Assembly: GCA_964457245.1 (NCBI GenBank)
Contig: CAYWET010000006.1
Span: 21,098 to 85,097, forward strand
DNA length: 64,000 nucleotides
From: an uncultured Chryseobacterium sp.
Lineage (GTDB): Bacteria; Bacteroidota; Bacteroidia; UBA10329
Direction of reading: 5' to 3'
The position numbers were made by a program, and so were the translations under genes. This document shows, piece by piece, positions 17,375 to 28,732 of this stretch (position 1 is its first letter; each line of letters opens with the position of its first letter). The notes beneath the pieces were generated by a model. It searched no databases, was not told where the DNA came from, and was given only the letters and a program-made list of their open reading frames with translations.

Positions 17375-17886
17375 GTAAACTTGTCGGATAGAATTTTGGC
17401 CACAGCTTCAAGACCCTCTTGGTCTTCACTATCAAAAGCGTTAAGACTTTCGCTATCCACATCTAGGACGGCTACAACAATTTCATCTTTTATAACTGGA
17501 ACAACAATTTCCGACCGCGACTGCGAACTGCAAGCAATATGGCCTGGAAACTCATCCACGTTCGGGACTATAATGGTCTGGGCTTTTTGCCAAGCGGTTC
17601 CACAAACACCTATTCCGAAGGCGATTCTAGTGCAAGCCACATCGCCCTGAAACGGGCCCAAAACCAATTCATTGTCATCGACAACATAAAAACCGACCCA
17701 GAAAAAGCCGAATGTTTGGCGAAGTGCCGCAGCCGTATTTGCCAAGCTGGCGGTAAGGGATGTCTCACCTTCTAAAAGTGCTTCCAGCTGAGGAAGAAGC
17801 TCTTCATACCTTTCCTTCTTCGAGGTAGATGATATAGCAAGACTTTCCATCAGTTTTTGAAAAAGGCTATTAGAATTTTGAGACAT
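17371..17886 (-). CDS. GAF-domain protein (free methionine-R-sulfoxide reductase-like)
   Basis: 171 aa. Motifs FYVVDDNELVLGPFQG...ACTRIAFGIGVCGTA are characteristic of the fRMsr GAF family. Confidence 0.6.
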   Translation of the reverse strand: MSQNSNSLFQKLMESLAISSTSKKERYEELLPQLEALLEGETSLTASLANTAAALRQTFGFFWVGFYVVDDNELVLGPFQGDVACTRIAFGIGVCGTAWQKAQTIIVPNVDEFPGHIACSSQSRSEIVVPVIKDEIVVAVLDVDSESLNAFDSEDQEGLEAVAKILSDKFT

Positions 17887-18707
17887 TCTTCTGGTGCTTC
17901 CAGATGACCCATATGGCCGATTGTGCTGATTTTAGCCAGCGAAACATTTTCATTCAATCCAGCTAAGGACTCAACATCTTCCGTTTTTATGACCGGATCT
18001 AACAAACCATGGACAATCAGTTTTGGAAACGTTGCATGTTGAAGCACCTGCTCTAACGAAGGCCGCTCCATCATTCCTCTGATGTTCGCAATGATTCCTT
18101 GCTCAGAAAACCCGATAGCTGTTTCTATCAACTCACTTATTTCGCTTTGAAGCATTTTTCGGGTTTCTTCTGCAAATAAAGAAGGAATAACGGTCTTTAT
18201 GTAAACCTCCTTGTTCCTTTGAGCCAGTCCGATTACACGCTCGCGTTCCTTTTTTCTTTCATCAGAGTCGGCATAGGCCGTTGAATGAAAAAGCGTCAAA
18301 GAGTTGATTTTTTCAGGAAACGTATTTGCCAATCCTAGTGCCACATACCCACCCATCGAATGCCCGATAACATGAAACTTCTCGACTTCCTCAGCATCTA
18401 GAACAGCCGAAACTGCTTGGGCATGGTCGTTCATGCTATGAACATATCCAAGGCAACCACTCTCGCCTTGCCCCAATAGGTCAACCGTAATGACATTGAA
18501 TTTGCTGACAAAGGCTTCGGCATAGTTGTTCCACATTCCCCGCTCTTCTAAAAAACCATGCAGCAGCACAAGCGTTTCACCACCACCGCGTTGTGAATAA
18601 ACTACCTCAACCCCTTTATATTTTACGGTCTTGCGCAAGCTAATTTTGTGAGCGCGCCAAAAGTACATACTAAGCAGAATACCAATCCGTTCCAAAAGTG
18701 CAACCAA
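17850..18707 (-). CDS. Alpha/beta-fold hydrolase; start uncertain
   Basis: LVLLHGF...GHSMGG nucleophile elbow. 285-aa ORF. Confidence 0.65.
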   Translation of the reverse strand: MVALLERIGILLSMYFWRAHKISLRKTVKYKGVEVVYSQRGGGETLVLLHGFLEERGMWNNYAEAFVSKFNVITVDLLGQGESGCLGYVHSMNDHAQAVSAVLDAEEVEKFHVIGHSMGGYVALGLANTFPEKINSLTLFHSTAYADSDERKKERERVIGLAQRNKEVYIKTVIPSLFAEETRKMLQSEISELIETAIGFSEQGIIANIRGMMERPSLEQVLQHATFPKLIVHGLLDPVIKTEDVESLAGLNENVSLAKISTIGHMGHLEAPEECLKILIAFFKN

Positions 18708-19534
18708 TCCGATCCATTATGAAGTATTGCGCCATCCTCCTACTGTGCATTACGGTCGTTTCAAACAGTCGAGATTCTCTCGCTCAAGGAAAGTTGGGCG
18801 CTTTTGTCGGTGCCGGAACTATGTTCTACAGCGGTGATCTGCAAGAAAGTTTTTTGCCACATCCCGCAACGATTCGCTGGACAGTTGATGCAGGTCTCCA
18901 TTGGCAGATCACCAAAAGATGGGGGTTGCAACTGAATTACACGCTGGGAGAAATTACCGGCAGCGACCAGTTTGCGGTGAGCCCGGGTAAACAGAAACGC
19001 GACCTCCGGTTCCGATCATTGATACATGAAATCGGACTAAGAGGCACGTTCGACATTCTGAGGAATGACAAATGGAAGTTCCTTCCATACTTAACCGCAG
19101 GGGTCAGCGCGGTGAATTTTGAACCGAAACGAGACGGTGTTGCCCTCAGGCCATTGGCGACCGAGGGTGTGGGCTATTCTAATTGGAATGTGAGTTTCCC
19201 TACAGGTCTTGGGTTGAAGTATCAGATCAACTGCCGCTGGGCTTTGAAAGGGGAGATTCTTTACCACTGGACCATGACCGATTATTTGGATGATGTCAGT
19301 GGGGCGTATCCTGATGAAGAAGTTGAATACTATACGGATCCTGGAGACGCTCACCCCAACAGGGTTATGCGTGGAAATCCTAAGTGGAAGGATGGGTTCT
19401 TTGATATCAACGTAGGTGTCATTTTCTTCTTCGTAGGGTGCGGAAGTTCCAAGAAAGGAGGATTAATTGAAGATTGTGACGAACTTTACAAGGATGTTGA
19501 CATGGACAAGCTCATGGAGCGGTATAAGCAGTAA
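18698..19534 (+). CDS. Outer-membrane beta-barrel protein (Bacteroidota DUF-type)
   Basis: Signal peptide followed by amphipathic beta-strand pattern. 278 aa. Confidence 0.45.
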   Translation: MQPIRSIMKYCAILLLCITVVSNSRDSLAQGKLGAFVGAGTMFYSGDLQESFLPHPATIRWTVDAGLHWQITKRWGLQLNYTLGEITGSDQFAVSPGKQKRDLRFRSLIHEIGLRGTFDILRNDKWKFLPYLTAGVSAVNFEPKRDGVALRPLATEGVGYSNWNVSFPTGLGLKYQINCRWALKGEILYHWTMTDYLDDVSGAYPDEEVEYYTDPGDAHPNRVMRGNPKWKDGFFDINVGVIFFFVGCGSSKKGGLIEDCDELYKDVDMDKLMERYKQ

Positions 19535-19546
19535 CATTCATCAGGT

Positions 19547-21400
19547 TTGAAGAATCTCTCAGCACCTCTTTCTCTTGTTGCAGGGGCGTTTGCCTTTGCT
19601 GTTGTGCTAGCTACAGCATTTGTTTGGTTTCCTCCCAACATTATTTCTTGGGATGTATTCGGGTACTATCTGTATCTACCAATGACCTTCATTTATAATG
19701 ACCTACGGTTACAAGATGTGACAGTAGTACAGGGTATTGTTGAACAGTACAATGTGTCATCAACATTTTATCAGGCGTTTTCACTTCCCAATGGTAATTG
19801 GGTAATGAAATATTCTGCCGGCATGGCCATTCTTTACCTACCGGCATTTGTCTTCGGTCATGTAATGGCGTTAATGACTGAATACCCAGCCGATGGCTTC
19901 TCTTGGCCGTACCAGCTGGGAATGTTCATTGAGGTGATGATCATTGCCGGATTATCTATCTGGTATTTGAGAAAACTGCTTCTGCGCTTCTTCAATGATA
20001 AGATGGTTGCCATGTTGATTCTGCTGGTGATTGTTGGCACTAACTATCTCATCAACACATCATACATCGGTGCGGGCGCTGGAACGCACAATTATCTGTT
20101 CTTGATCTATTGCTTCATTGTGATTCTGACAATGGAGTACCACGAGCACTTCAGACAGCGTGATATTATTCTTCTTGGAATTGCCTGTGGTATGGCAATC
20201 CTCTCACGGCCATCGGAAATTGTATGCCTGCTAATACCGCTATTCTGGGGAGTTACCTCGCAAGAGGGGCTTCGCGAAAAGGTTTTATTGTTCAAGAAGC
20301 ATTGGAAGCACTTGGCGGTTTTCAGCGCTGTGGTTGTGGCTATTGGATCTGTTCAGCTTTTCTATTGGAAATACGTCACCGACTCGTTTTTCCACTACAG
20401 CTACGGTGGTGGTGCAGGCTCGTCTTTCAACTTTTTACAACCGCATACGCTAAAGGTGCTTTTCAGTTATAGAAAGGGCTGGTATCTATACACGCCAATG
20501 ATGTTGCTGGCCACCATTGGGCTGATTGTTGCTCTGAGAAAAAAACTGAATGGTTCGTGGAGTTTTGGGCTGTATTTTCTGTTCAACCTTTGGATTGTTT
20601 CAAGCTGGCATTGCTGGTGGTATGCCGAAAGCTTTGGGCAACGTTCGCTGGTTCAAAGCATGCCTATAATGGCTGTGGGGCTTGGTTACCTCTTCAATAG
20701 CGTAAACCGTGACTGGCTGCGGAAAGGACTGATGTCTTTAGGGGTTTTACTTCTGCTGTTAAACCTATTTCAATCTTACCAGTTCAGCTATTGGATCATT
20801 GACCCATCTCGACAGACAGGTAAATACTATTGGGCTTCGTTTTTTGATCTTTATCCATCAGGGAAACATGAACGTCTTAAGCTGGTTCAGCGTGATGGCC
20901 TTGGAAAGGCAAACTTTGGGTCGGAGTCGGACTATTACCATTTCGAACATGCAACATTTGATTATGAAGGAGGTCTGTTAACCGAGCGGGTACAATTGGA
21001 CTCTACCGTTGTTAAAGACGGGAAATACAGTGCTTTTCTTACTGGGGAATTTTCAGATCAACATCTGGTCAAGTTCAATGACCTGACTACTGGTCATTAC
21101 GTTTGGTTTAAGGTTTCCGTAGACGTTTTTCCGCTAAAGGAACTTCAAGAACATCCGTTTTCATTGGTTATGTGTACAAATTATGGAGATGATTCATATA
21201 AGTACCAAGCGTTGGATTCAGAAGGTCTTGAGCTCAAGAACGGGCAGTGGAACAAGATTAGCATGCTCTATCTGAGTCCAGAAATGAGGACTAATACAGA
21301 TCCGATTAAGGCGTACCTATGGAACAGAGGAGGCAATCAAATGTATATGGACAACTTCAAGTTGGAGGTGTATGTTCCCAAATTTGACCCAGAACGCTAG
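19547..21400 (+). CDS. Polytopic membrane protein (possibly glycosyltransferase-39/ArnT-like) with a C-terminal soluble domain
   Basis: 617-aa ORF with many hydrophobic helices in the first ~430 aa and a C-terminal beta-rich domain. Confidence 0.4.
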   Translation: MKNLSAPLSLVAGAFAFAVVLATAFVWFPPNIISWDVFGYYLYLPMTFIYNDLRLQDVTVVQGIVEQYNVSSTFYQAFSLPNGNWVMKYSAGMAILYLPAFVFGHVMALMTEYPADGFSWPYQLGMFIEVMIIAGLSIWYLRKLLLRFFNDKMVAMLILLVIVGTNYLINTSYIGAGAGTHNYLFLIYCFIVILTMEYHEHFRQRDIILLGIACGMAILSRPSEIVCLLIPLFWGVTSQEGLREKVLLFKKHWKHLAVFSAVVVAIGSVQLFYWKYVTDSFFHYSYGGGAGSSFNFLQPHTLKVLFSYRKGWYLYTPMMLLATIGLIVALRKKLNGSWSFGLYFLFNLWIVSSWHCWWYAESFGQRSLVQSMPIMAVGLGYLFNSVNRDWLRKGLMSLGVLLLLLNLFQSYQFSYWIIDPSRQTGKYYWASFFDLYPSGKHERLKLVQRDGLGKANFGSESDYYHFEHATFDYEGGLLTERVQLDSTVVKDGKYSAFLTGEFSDQHLVKFNDLTTGHYVWFKVSVDVFPLKELQEHPFSLVMCTNYGDDSYKYQALDSEGLELKNGQWNKISMLYLSPEMRTNTDPIKAYLWNRGGNQMYMDNFKLEVYVPKFDPER

Positions 21401-22506
21401 CGCATTGGATTAAGCGCAAGTTTGACTGCCGCAGACGTTCGGTCAATATGCTCGTCATTCACAATCCCCATATGACCAACGCGGAAGTATTGGGTTTTGT
21501 GTGATGGAAGCAGACCGCCAGCAATGATCACTCCGTTCTCACCAACTTTTCCCAAGAATTCACCACCATTTACACCTTCAGGATAGTACGTTGCAGAAAG
21601 CGTATTGGCGGTTATTTCTTCTGACTTTGGAATAAACGAAAGCCCGAGCGAGCGCATCTCATCGCGGAATTTCTGAGCCAATCGTTTGTGGCGAGCAAAT
21701 CGCGCATCCATTCCTTCTTCAAGAATCAATTCAAGACTTCTTTCCAGCGCTTGAATGAGATTTACTGGTGGTGTGGCAAAGTAGGAGGGTTTCCGTGCTT
21801 CGTACGCCTGCATTATCGGTAGCCACAAACTCCAATCGCAATAGTAATTGCCAACGGGTGTTTTACGGTTTTTCCAAGCGTCCATGGCTTTTTCGGAGGC
21901 GACCAAAAGCGCCAGTCCGGGAGGAACGCCAACCGCTTTTTGCGATGCAGTTACCACCACATCAATTCCCCATTCTTCCTGACGGATTTCCTCGCCAGCA
22001 ACGGAGCAAACACCATCCAAAATGCTGAGGACGTTGTATTTCTGTGCGAGTTCGCCCATTTTCTTGGCATCTACAAGTACCCCTGTTGATGTATCCACAT
22101 GCGTGAAGGTCATTAGCTTGTACTTGCCCGTGGCGAGTTCAGCTTCTACCGTTTCGTAAGGCACGACATCACCAACTTCGGATTGGAGAAAAGTAACGTT
22201 CGCACCGTAGCGAGTCAAAAGTTCCGCGTAGCGCTCTCCGAAATAGCCAGTGGAAACCACCAAGACGTTATCGCCAGCTTCTATCAGGTTGGCACCAGCC
22301 ATGTCCATGGCCAAGGTTCCAGAACCAGCAACAATAAATGGTTGTCCGCTTGGCGCTAACCAAACATCACGCATCATTTCAATGGCGCGGCCGAAAGACT
22401 CTATAAATGCTGGTGCCACATGACTCAAGGTCGGCTGACCCACTTTCTCCATCACACTTGGGTCGAATTCAATCGGGCCCGGAATCATCAATAGTTTTCT
22501 GCTCAT
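21397..22506 (-). CDS. Class V aminotransferase (alanine-glyoxylate/serine-pyruvate aminotransferase family)
   Basis: 369 aa. PLP-Lys context TASQKAVGVPPG. Overall fold-type I pattern. Confidence 0.7.
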   Translation of the reverse strand: MSRKLLMIPGPIEFDPSVMEKVGQPTLSHVAPAFIESFGRAIEMMRDVWLAPSGQPFIVAGSGTLAMDMAGANLIEAGDNVLVVSTGYFGERYAELLTRYGANVTFLQSEVGDVVPYETVEAELATGKYKLMTFTHVDTSTGVLVDAKKMGELAQKYNVLSILDGVCSVAGEEIRQEEWGIDVVVTASQKAVGVPPGLALLVASEKAMDAWKNRKTPVGNYYCDWSLWLPIMQAYEARKPSYFATPPVNLIQALERSLELILEEGMDARFARHKRLAQKFRDEMRSLGLSFIPKSEEITANTLSATYYPEGVNGGEFLGKVGENGVIIAGGLLPSHKTQYFRVGHMGIVNDEHIDRTSAAVKLALNPMR

Positions 22507-22523
22507 CTAATAAAAAGTAGTGC

Positions 22524-23813
22524 TTACGAATTCATCAACCCCTCAATCTCCTCAACCTCTTTCGGAATATTCTTCATCAGGTTGTGCGGGCCGTTCTTGG
22601 TCACAAGAATATCGTCCTCAATTCGAATACCAATCTCCTCTTCCAGAATGTAAATGCCAGGTTCGCAGGTAAACACGTTTCCTTCTTGCATAGGTACGTC
22701 CCAATTGCCCACATCGTGCGTATCCAACCCAAGGAAATGGCTGGTGCCATGCATGAAGTATTTCTTATACGCTGGCCATTTTGGGTTCTGATTCTGAATA
22801 TCGGCCTTGTCAATCAGCTTCAACTTTACCAATTCATCCTGCATCAATAGGCCAACCTCCTTATGGTATTCCTTCAAGATCGTTCCCGGACGAAGCATTT
22901 CGATGGCAGCTTTCTGAACACTCAGCACCGCGTTGTAAACATCTTTTTGGCGTTGAGAAAATCTGCCATTTACAGGAATGGTGCGCGAAAGGTCCGCATC
23001 ATAATTGGCGTACTCCGCACCAATATCGAGAAGCAACACATCGCCATCCTTACATTGCTGATTGTTCTGAATGTAGTGTAGCACGCAAGAACTTCTTCCC
23101 GATGCAATGATCGGTTCGTAAGCAAATCCCTGTGCGCGATTCCGTATGAATTCGTGCCACAGTTCTGCTTCTATTTCGTACTCCCAAACACCAGGCTTCA
23201 CTTTATCAAGCAACCTGCGGAATCCTTTTTCGGTGATGTTGCACGCTTCCTGTAAAAGCATCACCTCGAACTTAGATTTCACCGAGCGGATGCGTTCCAT
23301 AACTGGCGCGCATCTCCTGAACTTATGCAGTGGATATTTCTCCATGCACCATTTCACAAACCGGGCATCGCGCGTCTCAACCTCTATGTTGGCACGCCCA
23401 TGCTCGTTCGAGTTCAAATAGATGTGAGAAGCCTCATTGACCAGCATATTGAACACACGGTTGAAATCCTTTAGCCAGTAAATGGTCTGAATGCCAGAAA
23501 CCTGCTGTGCTTGCTCAACGGTCAGCTTGGCACCTTCCCAAATGGCAATGGTCTCGTTGGTTTCCTTTAGGAAAAGCACTTCGCGATGATTCTCATCGCG
23601 AGCATTTGGTGCCAAAACCAGAACCGACTCTTCCTGATCAACGCCTGTCAGGTAAAAAAGGTCGCTATTCTGCTTGAATTTCATGGTGCCATCCGCATTG
23701 GTGGGCATCACATCGTTGCTATTGAAAACAGCCACACTTTGCGGTACAATTCCCTCAATGAACCGCTGTCGGTTATTGATGAAAAGTTCGTTGTCTATTC
23801 GGTCGTATCTCAT
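22524..23813 (-). CDS. pepP: Xaa-Pro aminopeptidase (M24B family)
   Basis: 429 aa. M24 signature HGTSHFLGLDTHDVG and EPGIYI...GIRIEDD metal-ligand motifs. Confidence 0.75.
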   Translation of the reverse strand: MRYDRIDNELFINNRQRFIEGIVPQSVAVFNSNDVMPTNADGTMKFKQNSDLFYLTGVDQEESVLVLAPNARDENHREVLFLKETNETIAIWEGAKLTVEQAQQVSGIQTIYWLKDFNRVFNMLVNEASHIYLNSNEHGRANIEVETRDARFVKWCMEKYPLHKFRRCAPVMERIRSVKSKFEVMLLQEACNITEKGFRRLLDKVKPGVWEYEIEAELWHEFIRNRAQGFAYEPIIASGRSSCVLHYIQNNQQCKDGDVLLLDIGAEYANYDADLSRTIPVNGRFSQRQKDVYNAVLSVQKAAIEMLRPGTILKEYHKEVGLLMQDELVKLKLIDKADIQNQNPKWPAYKKYFMHGTSHFLGLDTHDVGNWDVPMQEGNVFTCEPGIYILEEEIGIRIEDDILVTKNGPHNLMKNIPKEVEEIEGLMNS

Positions 23814-23985
23814 GGTCTGAACTTGTTGCCCAAATGTATGTTATTCCAAAATGAGAGCAAATTCGCGTCCCTTGTTATTAAGAATGTTTCTAAATAAATG
23901 GCTTGGGGGAGGCAATCAGACGCAGGTATTACATTTGCCAGCAATTGCGCTACCCTCCTAGGTTTTAACACAAAATCAGACATCA

Positions 23986-24666
23986 ATGTCAAGTTCAGTA
24001 GGTAAAAAGATAGCAATGGCCCTTTCGGGTTTCTTCTTGCTTGTCTTCCTTCTCCAGCATTTGGCCATCAACTTCATTTCCGTGATTAGTGCCGATGGTT
24101 TTAATGAGGCATCCCATTTTATGGGAACCAATCCGATCGTTCAATTCCTTTTCCAGCCGATTTTGGCATTCGGTGTCATTTTCCACTTAGCAATGGGAAT
24201 GCGATTGGAATTGCAGAATCGTGCTGCGCGACCAGTAAAATACGCCATGAACAAAGGTGGAGAGAATTCATCTTGGATGAGCAGAAACATGATTATCACA
24301 GGAATCATGATTCTTCTTTTCCTCGGATTGCATTTCTACGATTTCTGGATTCCAGAATTGAATGTGAAGTACGTTCAAGGCGATATGTCTGGTCTTATCG
24401 ACCCGATGTATCCAGACAGTGGAATGCGTTATTGGGAAGAACTTCATCACAAGTTCCACGACCCAGTTCGCGTTGGGATCTATGTGCTTTCGTTTGTGTT
24501 TCTTGCCCTGCATCTGATGCATGGTTTCCAGTCGGCTTTTCAGTCGGTCGGTTTCAACCACAGGAAATACACTCCAGTTATCAAGCAATTGTCGAACATT
24601 TACGCAGTTGTGGTACCGTTGGGATTCATCATCGTTGCGGTTTATCACTTTGCTACACAATCATAA
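23986..24666 (+). CDS. sdhC: Succinate dehydrogenase/fumarate reductase cytochrome b subunit (b558 family)
   Basis: 226-aa polytopic protein immediately upstream of the flavoprotein and Fe-S subunits. Conserved His residues lie in the TM helices. Confidence 0.75.
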   Translation: MSSSVGKKIAMALSGFFLLVFLLQHLAINFISVISADGFNEASHFMGTNPIVQFLFQPILAFGVIFHLAMGMRLELQNRAARPVKYAMNKGGENSSWMSRNMIITGIMILLFLGLHFYDFWIPELNVKYVQGDMSGLIDPMYPDSGMRYWEELHHKFHDPVRVGIYVLSFVFLALHLMHGFQSAFQSVGFNHRKYTPVIKQLSNIYAVVVPLGFIIVAVYHFATQS

Positions 24667-24678
24667 AATCTTACGCCA

Positions 24679-26691
24679 ATGTCATTGGATGCCAAGATAC
24701 CTGCTGGTCCAATCAAGGATAAATGGACCAACCACAAGAACAAGATTAACGTTGTAAACCCTGCCAACAAGCGTCTGATTGACGTGATTGTTGTTGGTAC
24801 TGGTTTGGCGGGAGGTTCGGCCTCTGCTTCACTTGCCGAGTTGGGGTACAACGTAAAGGCTTTCTGCTATCAAGACAGCCCACGGAGAGCGCACTCAATT
24901 GCGGCTCAAGGTGGTATAAACGCTGCGAAGAACTATCAGAATGATGGTGACTCGACTTACCGTCTGTTTTACGATACTGTAAAAGGTGGCGATTACCGTG
25001 CTCGCGAAGCGAATGTTTATCGTTTGGCGGAGGTTTCGGCCAACATCATTGACCAATGCGTGGCGCAAGGTGTGCCGTTTGCGCGTGAGTATGGAGGTCT
25101 TTTGGACAACCGTTCGTTCGGTGGGGTTTTGGTTTCAAGAACATTCTACGCGAAAGGACAGACCGGACAGCAGTTGCTTTTGGGAGCATATTCTGCTATG
25201 AACCGTCAGATTGCGAAGGGAAAGATTGAAATGTACAATCGCCATGAGATGCTTGATGTAGTGCTTGTGGATGGAAAAGCTCGCGGAATCATCGCTCGAA
25301 ACTTGGTTACAGGCGAGATTGAAAGACACTCTGCTCATGCGGTGATCATTGCCAGTGGAGGTTACGGAAACGTATTCTTCTTGAGTACAAATGCAATGGG
25401 TTCGAACGTGACCGCTTCGTGGAAGATTCACAAGAAGGGCGCTTATTTTGCAAACCCTTGCTACACGCAGATTCACCCAACGTGTATTCCGCGTTCGGGA
25501 GACCACCAATCGAAACTGACGTTGATGTCAGAGTCACTTCGTAACGATGGTCGAATTTGGGTTCCGAAGAAAATGGAGGATGTAAAAGCCATCCGCGAAG
25601 GCAAATTGAAGCCAACCGAGATCAAAGAAGAAGACCGAGATTACTACTTGGAAAGACGTTACCCAGCGTTTGGTAACCTTGTTCCGCGTGATGTGGCTTC
25701 TCGCGCAGCCAAAGAGCGTTGCGATGCTGGTTTTGGTGTGAACCAAACTGGTGAGGCAGTTTATCTGGATTTCAGTTCTGCTATTATGCGTTACGGGAAA
25801 ACCGAAGCGCACCTTCAAGGACTTCATAACCCAACGGATGCACAGATTCGTGAGTTGGGCGAGAAAGTAGTGGAGGCCAAATATGGAAACTTGTTCCAGA
25901 TGTACGAGAAGATCGTAGATCAGAACCCGTACAAAACGCCAATGATGATCTACCCTGCGGTACACTATACCATGGGTGGTATTTGGGTTGATTACAACCT
26001 GATGACAACCATTCCGGGTTGTTATGCGGCTGGCGAGGCAAACTTCTCCGATCACGGTGCAAACCGATTGGGAGCTTCGGCTTTGATGCAAGGATTGGCA
26101 GATGGTTACTTCGTGCTTCCTTACACAGTTGGCGATTACTTGGCGGCTGAAATCCGTACTGGAAAAATCCCAACTGATTCCCCTGAGTTTGATGCCGCTG
26201 AGAAAGAGGTGAAAGACCGTCTACAGCAATTCATCGATATCAAGGGAACGAAGTCTGTCGATTACTTCCACAAGCGTTTGGGTAAAGTGATGTGGGATAA
26301 AGTCGGCATGGCCCGAAATGCACAAGGCTTGAAGGAGGCGATGGATGAGATTCGTCAAATCCGTGAGGAATTCTGGAAAGATGTTCGTGTTCCAGGAGCA
26401 GTAAATGAGTTGAATCCTGAGCTAGAGAAAGCAGGTCGTGTGGCTGATTTCCTTGAATTGGGAGAGCTTTTCGCTAAGGATGCATTGGAAAGAAATGAGA
26501 GCTGCGGAGGCCACTTCCGAGAGGAATCTGTAGAGCTTGATGGCGAGCAGAAAGGCGAGGCCAAGCGAGACGATAAGAACTTCGCTTACGTGGCGGCTTG
26601 GGAGTGGACTGGAGACCCTCGCGAGTCAAAAGTTCACAAGGAGAATTTGGAGTTCAATGACATTGAGCTGAAGCAAAGAAGTTACAAATAA
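24679..26691 (+). CDS. sdhA: Succinate dehydrogenase/fumarate reductase flavoprotein subunit
   Basis: 670 aa. FAD-binding GxGxxG ([12 protein letters not shown]). HYTMGGIW and the rest of the family signature. Confidence 0.9.
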   Translation: MSLDAKIPAGPIKDKWTNHKNKINVVNPANKRLIDVIVVGTGLAGGSASASLAELGYNVKAFCYQDSPRRAHSIAAQGGINAAKNYQNDGDSTYRLFYDTVKGGDYRAREANVYRLAEVSANIIDQCVAQGVPFAREYGGLLDNRSFGGVLVSRTFYAKGQTGQQLLLGAYSAMNRQIAKGKIEMYNRHEMLDVVLVDGKARGIIARNLVTGEIERHSAHAVIIASGGYGNVFFLSTNAMGSNVTASWKIHKKGAYFANPCYTQIHPTCIPRSGDHQSKLTLMSESLRNDGRIWVPKKMEDVKAIREGKLKPTEIKEEDRDYYLERRYPAFGNLVPRDVASRAAKERCDAGFGVNQTGEAVYLDFSSAIMRYGKTEAHLQGLHNPTDAQIRELGEKVVEAKYGNLFQMYEKIVDQNPYKTPMMIYPAVHYTMGGIWVDYNLMTTIPGCYAAGEANFSDHGANRLGASALMQGLADGYFVLPYTVGDYLAAEIRTGKIPTDSPEFDAAEKEVKDRLQQFIDIKGTKSVDYFHKRLGKVMWDKVGMARNAQGLKEAMDEIRQIREEFWKDVRVPGAVNELNPELEKAGRVADFLELGELFAKDALERNESCGGHFREESVELDGEQKGEAKRDDKNFAYVAAWEWTGDPRESKVHKENLEFNDIELKQRSYK

Positions 26692-26705
26692 GAAATCCGA
26701 GAGAC

Positions 26706-27458
26706 ATGAATTTGACACTCAAAGTCTGGAGACAGAAAGACGGAAAAGCAAAAGGCGCGTTGGAATCGTACGAGCTGAAAGACGTTTCGCCTGATTCATC
26801 TTTCTTGGAAATGATGGATATGCTCAACGAGCAACTCATCAACGATGGAAAAGACCCAGTGGCATTCGACCACGACTGTCGTGAAGGAATCTGCGGTATG
26901 TGCTCCATGTACATTAATGGAGAGGCGCACGGACCAGGTCGCTTGATCACTACATGCCAGTTGCACATGCGATCATTTAAGGATGGCGAAACTATCTACA
27001 TCGAACCATTCCGTTCTGCAGCATTCCCTGTTATCAAAGACCTTACTGTAGATAGAAGTTCATTTGACCGTATTCAGCAGGCTGGTGGATACATTTCTGT
27101 GAACACTTCAGGAAATACACAGGATGCTAATGCACTTCCTGTTCCGAAGGATGATGCAGACAAAGCCTTTGATGCTGCAACATGTATTGGTTGTGGGGCT
27201 TGCGTAGCTACTTGTAAGAACTCTTCTGCGATGCTTTTCGTTTCAGCAAAAGTGTCTCAGTTTGCATTACTCCCACAAGGAAAAGTGGAAGCTAAGAGAC
27301 GCGTGTTGAACATGGTAAAGCAGATGGACGAAGAAGGTTTCGGTAACTGCACCAACACAGGCGCTTGCGAAGTAGAATGCCCGAAAGGAATCTCTCTAGA
27401 AAACATCGCCCGAATGAACCGAGAATATCTTTCCGCTTCGGTTACAAGCGAAGACTGA
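26706..27458 (+). CDS. sdhB: Succinate dehydrogenase/fumarate reductase iron-sulfur subunit
   Basis: 250 aa. 2Fe-2S Cys cluster [11 protein letters not shown]. Ferredoxin-type clusters [11 protein letters not shown] and [12 protein letters not shown]. Confidence 0.9.
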   Translation: MNLTLKVWRQKDGKAKGALESYELKDVSPDSSFLEMMDMLNEQLINDGKDPVAFDHDCREGICGMCSMYINGEAHGPGRLITTCQLHMRSFKDGETIYIEPFRSAAFPVIKDLTVDRSSFDRIQQAGGYISVNTSGNTQDANALPVPKDDADKAFDAATCIGCGACVATCKNSSAMLFVSAKVSQFALLPQGKVEAKRRVLNMVKQMDEEGFGNCTNTGACEVECPKGISLENIARMNREYLSASVTSED

Positions 27459-27480
27459 GTTTAGGATAATGACAAAAAGA

Positions 27481-27510
27481 AAAGGCCGCAATTTGCGGCC
27501 TTTTTTGTTT
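27481..27510. terminator. Bidirectional rho-independent terminator between sdhB and the convergent dehydrogenase gene
   Basis: aaaaggccgcaatttgcggccttttttg is a GC stem with a 3-4-nt loop, flanked by an A run upstream and a T run downstream. Confidence 0.8.
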
Positions 27511-27554
27511 AGTGAAACTGAATTAGAAGACAGAGAAGTACTATAATCAGGAGG

Positions 27555-28724
27555 TTACTTTTCCCCAAACACCTTCACAATTACATCATAGCGGAGGGTG
27601 GTGTCCTTCTTCATATGATCGTAAGCGGTCCTGCCAACAGGAAGAATGTTGGCGGTTGAGAAATAGAGGTTTCCATCAGTATCGGCTTCCAGATCTCTTA
27701 TCCTTCCAAACATTTCATTGAATATAATTTGTTCTTCAACGGCCTTCTTTTCCGACTCTAAGTTGACAACCCTAATGTCATTTTCCTTAAGGGTTGAAAT
27801 GAGGAATTTTCCTTGTAGGGATGGCAACTTAGAATGGTCGTAATACAACAAGCTTGATGGCGCAATGGTCGGAGTCCAAAAGCATAGCGCTTCATTCACC
27901 TTTAAGGTGTCGCAGATACGCTTTTCCTCTTCCGTATCGCTGATTCCTCTTACAATTGGCCAACCGTAGTTGGCGCCAGGTTCAACTTTATTGAACTCGT
28001 CATCGGTTACAGGGCCATGCTCGCTGATATAAATCGAGCCGTCATCCATTATCATAATTCCTTGTGGGTTTCTGTGGCCAAGCGTGTAAATAGGTGAACC
28101 CGGAAAAGGATTGTCTTCCGGAATGCTTCCATCAAGATTGAACCGCAATATCTTACCTGAAAGGTTGTTCATATCCTGTGCATCATTGACATCGACTTCG
28201 CAAGAAGCTACAACTATCAATTTTTCGTCCTTGGTTATTTTCATTCGACCACCCGGATTGTGCGATTCTGGTGTGTGTAACGAGTCAATAATTAGCGTCT
28301 CCATGCTTATCACTTTTCTCGCAGTGTCGTACTTGGCTAAGAAAACATCTACGTATCCGGTCTTCATTTCGGTAATTGGTGGGTAAAGCGTGCTTAGGTA
28401 AAGAAGTCCGTTGTTTGAAAAGTCGGGGTGGAATGCCATTCCTAACATGTAGAAAGAATCGCGTTCGAAATTTTCAAGCTTTATGATTTCTTGAGAGTGG
28501 TCGCTTAGGGAGACTCGGATTACTTTTTTTACTTGGTCTGTAGCCCAGAGGTAACCGTCAGGCCCTATTTCAAGATTCCAAGGCATCATCAGGTCATCAG
28601 CTATCACTTCATAGCTGAATTCGGGCTCTGGAGATACTGTTAGTGATGGTGATGGTGGTTGTGAGCATGATAACACCAGTAAGGAAATGAGGGTGAAAAG
28701 AGTTGTTCGATAAGATTCCATCAT
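27555..28724 (-). CDS. PQQ-dependent sugar (glucose/sorbosone) dehydrogenase-family beta-propeller lipoprotein
   Basis: Lipoprotein signal LLVLSC. Motifs GPDGYLW, GHRNPQGIMIMDDGSIYISEHGP. The start was chosen at the internal Met after the signal-less N-extension. Confidence 0.6.
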   Translation of the reverse strand: MMESYRTTLFTLISLLVLSCSQPPSPSLTVSPEPEFSYEVIADDLMMPWNLEIGPDGYLWATDQVKKVIRVSLSDHSQEIIKLENFERDSFYMLGMAFHPDFSNNGLLYLSTLYPPITEMKTGYVDVFLAKYDTARKVISMETLIIDSLHTPESHNPGGRMKITKDEKLIVVASCEVDVNDAQDMNNLSGKILRFNLDGSIPEDNPFPGSPIYTLGHRNPQGIMIMDDGSIYISEHGPVTDDEFNKVEPGANYGWPIVRGISDTEEEKRICDTLKVNEALCFWTPTIAPSSLLYYDHSKLPSLQGKFLISTLKENDIRVVNLESEKKAVEEQIIFNEMFGRIRDLEADTDGNLYFSTANILPVGRTAYDHMKKDTTLRYDVIVKVFGEK

Positions 28725-28732
28725 CAGATTGT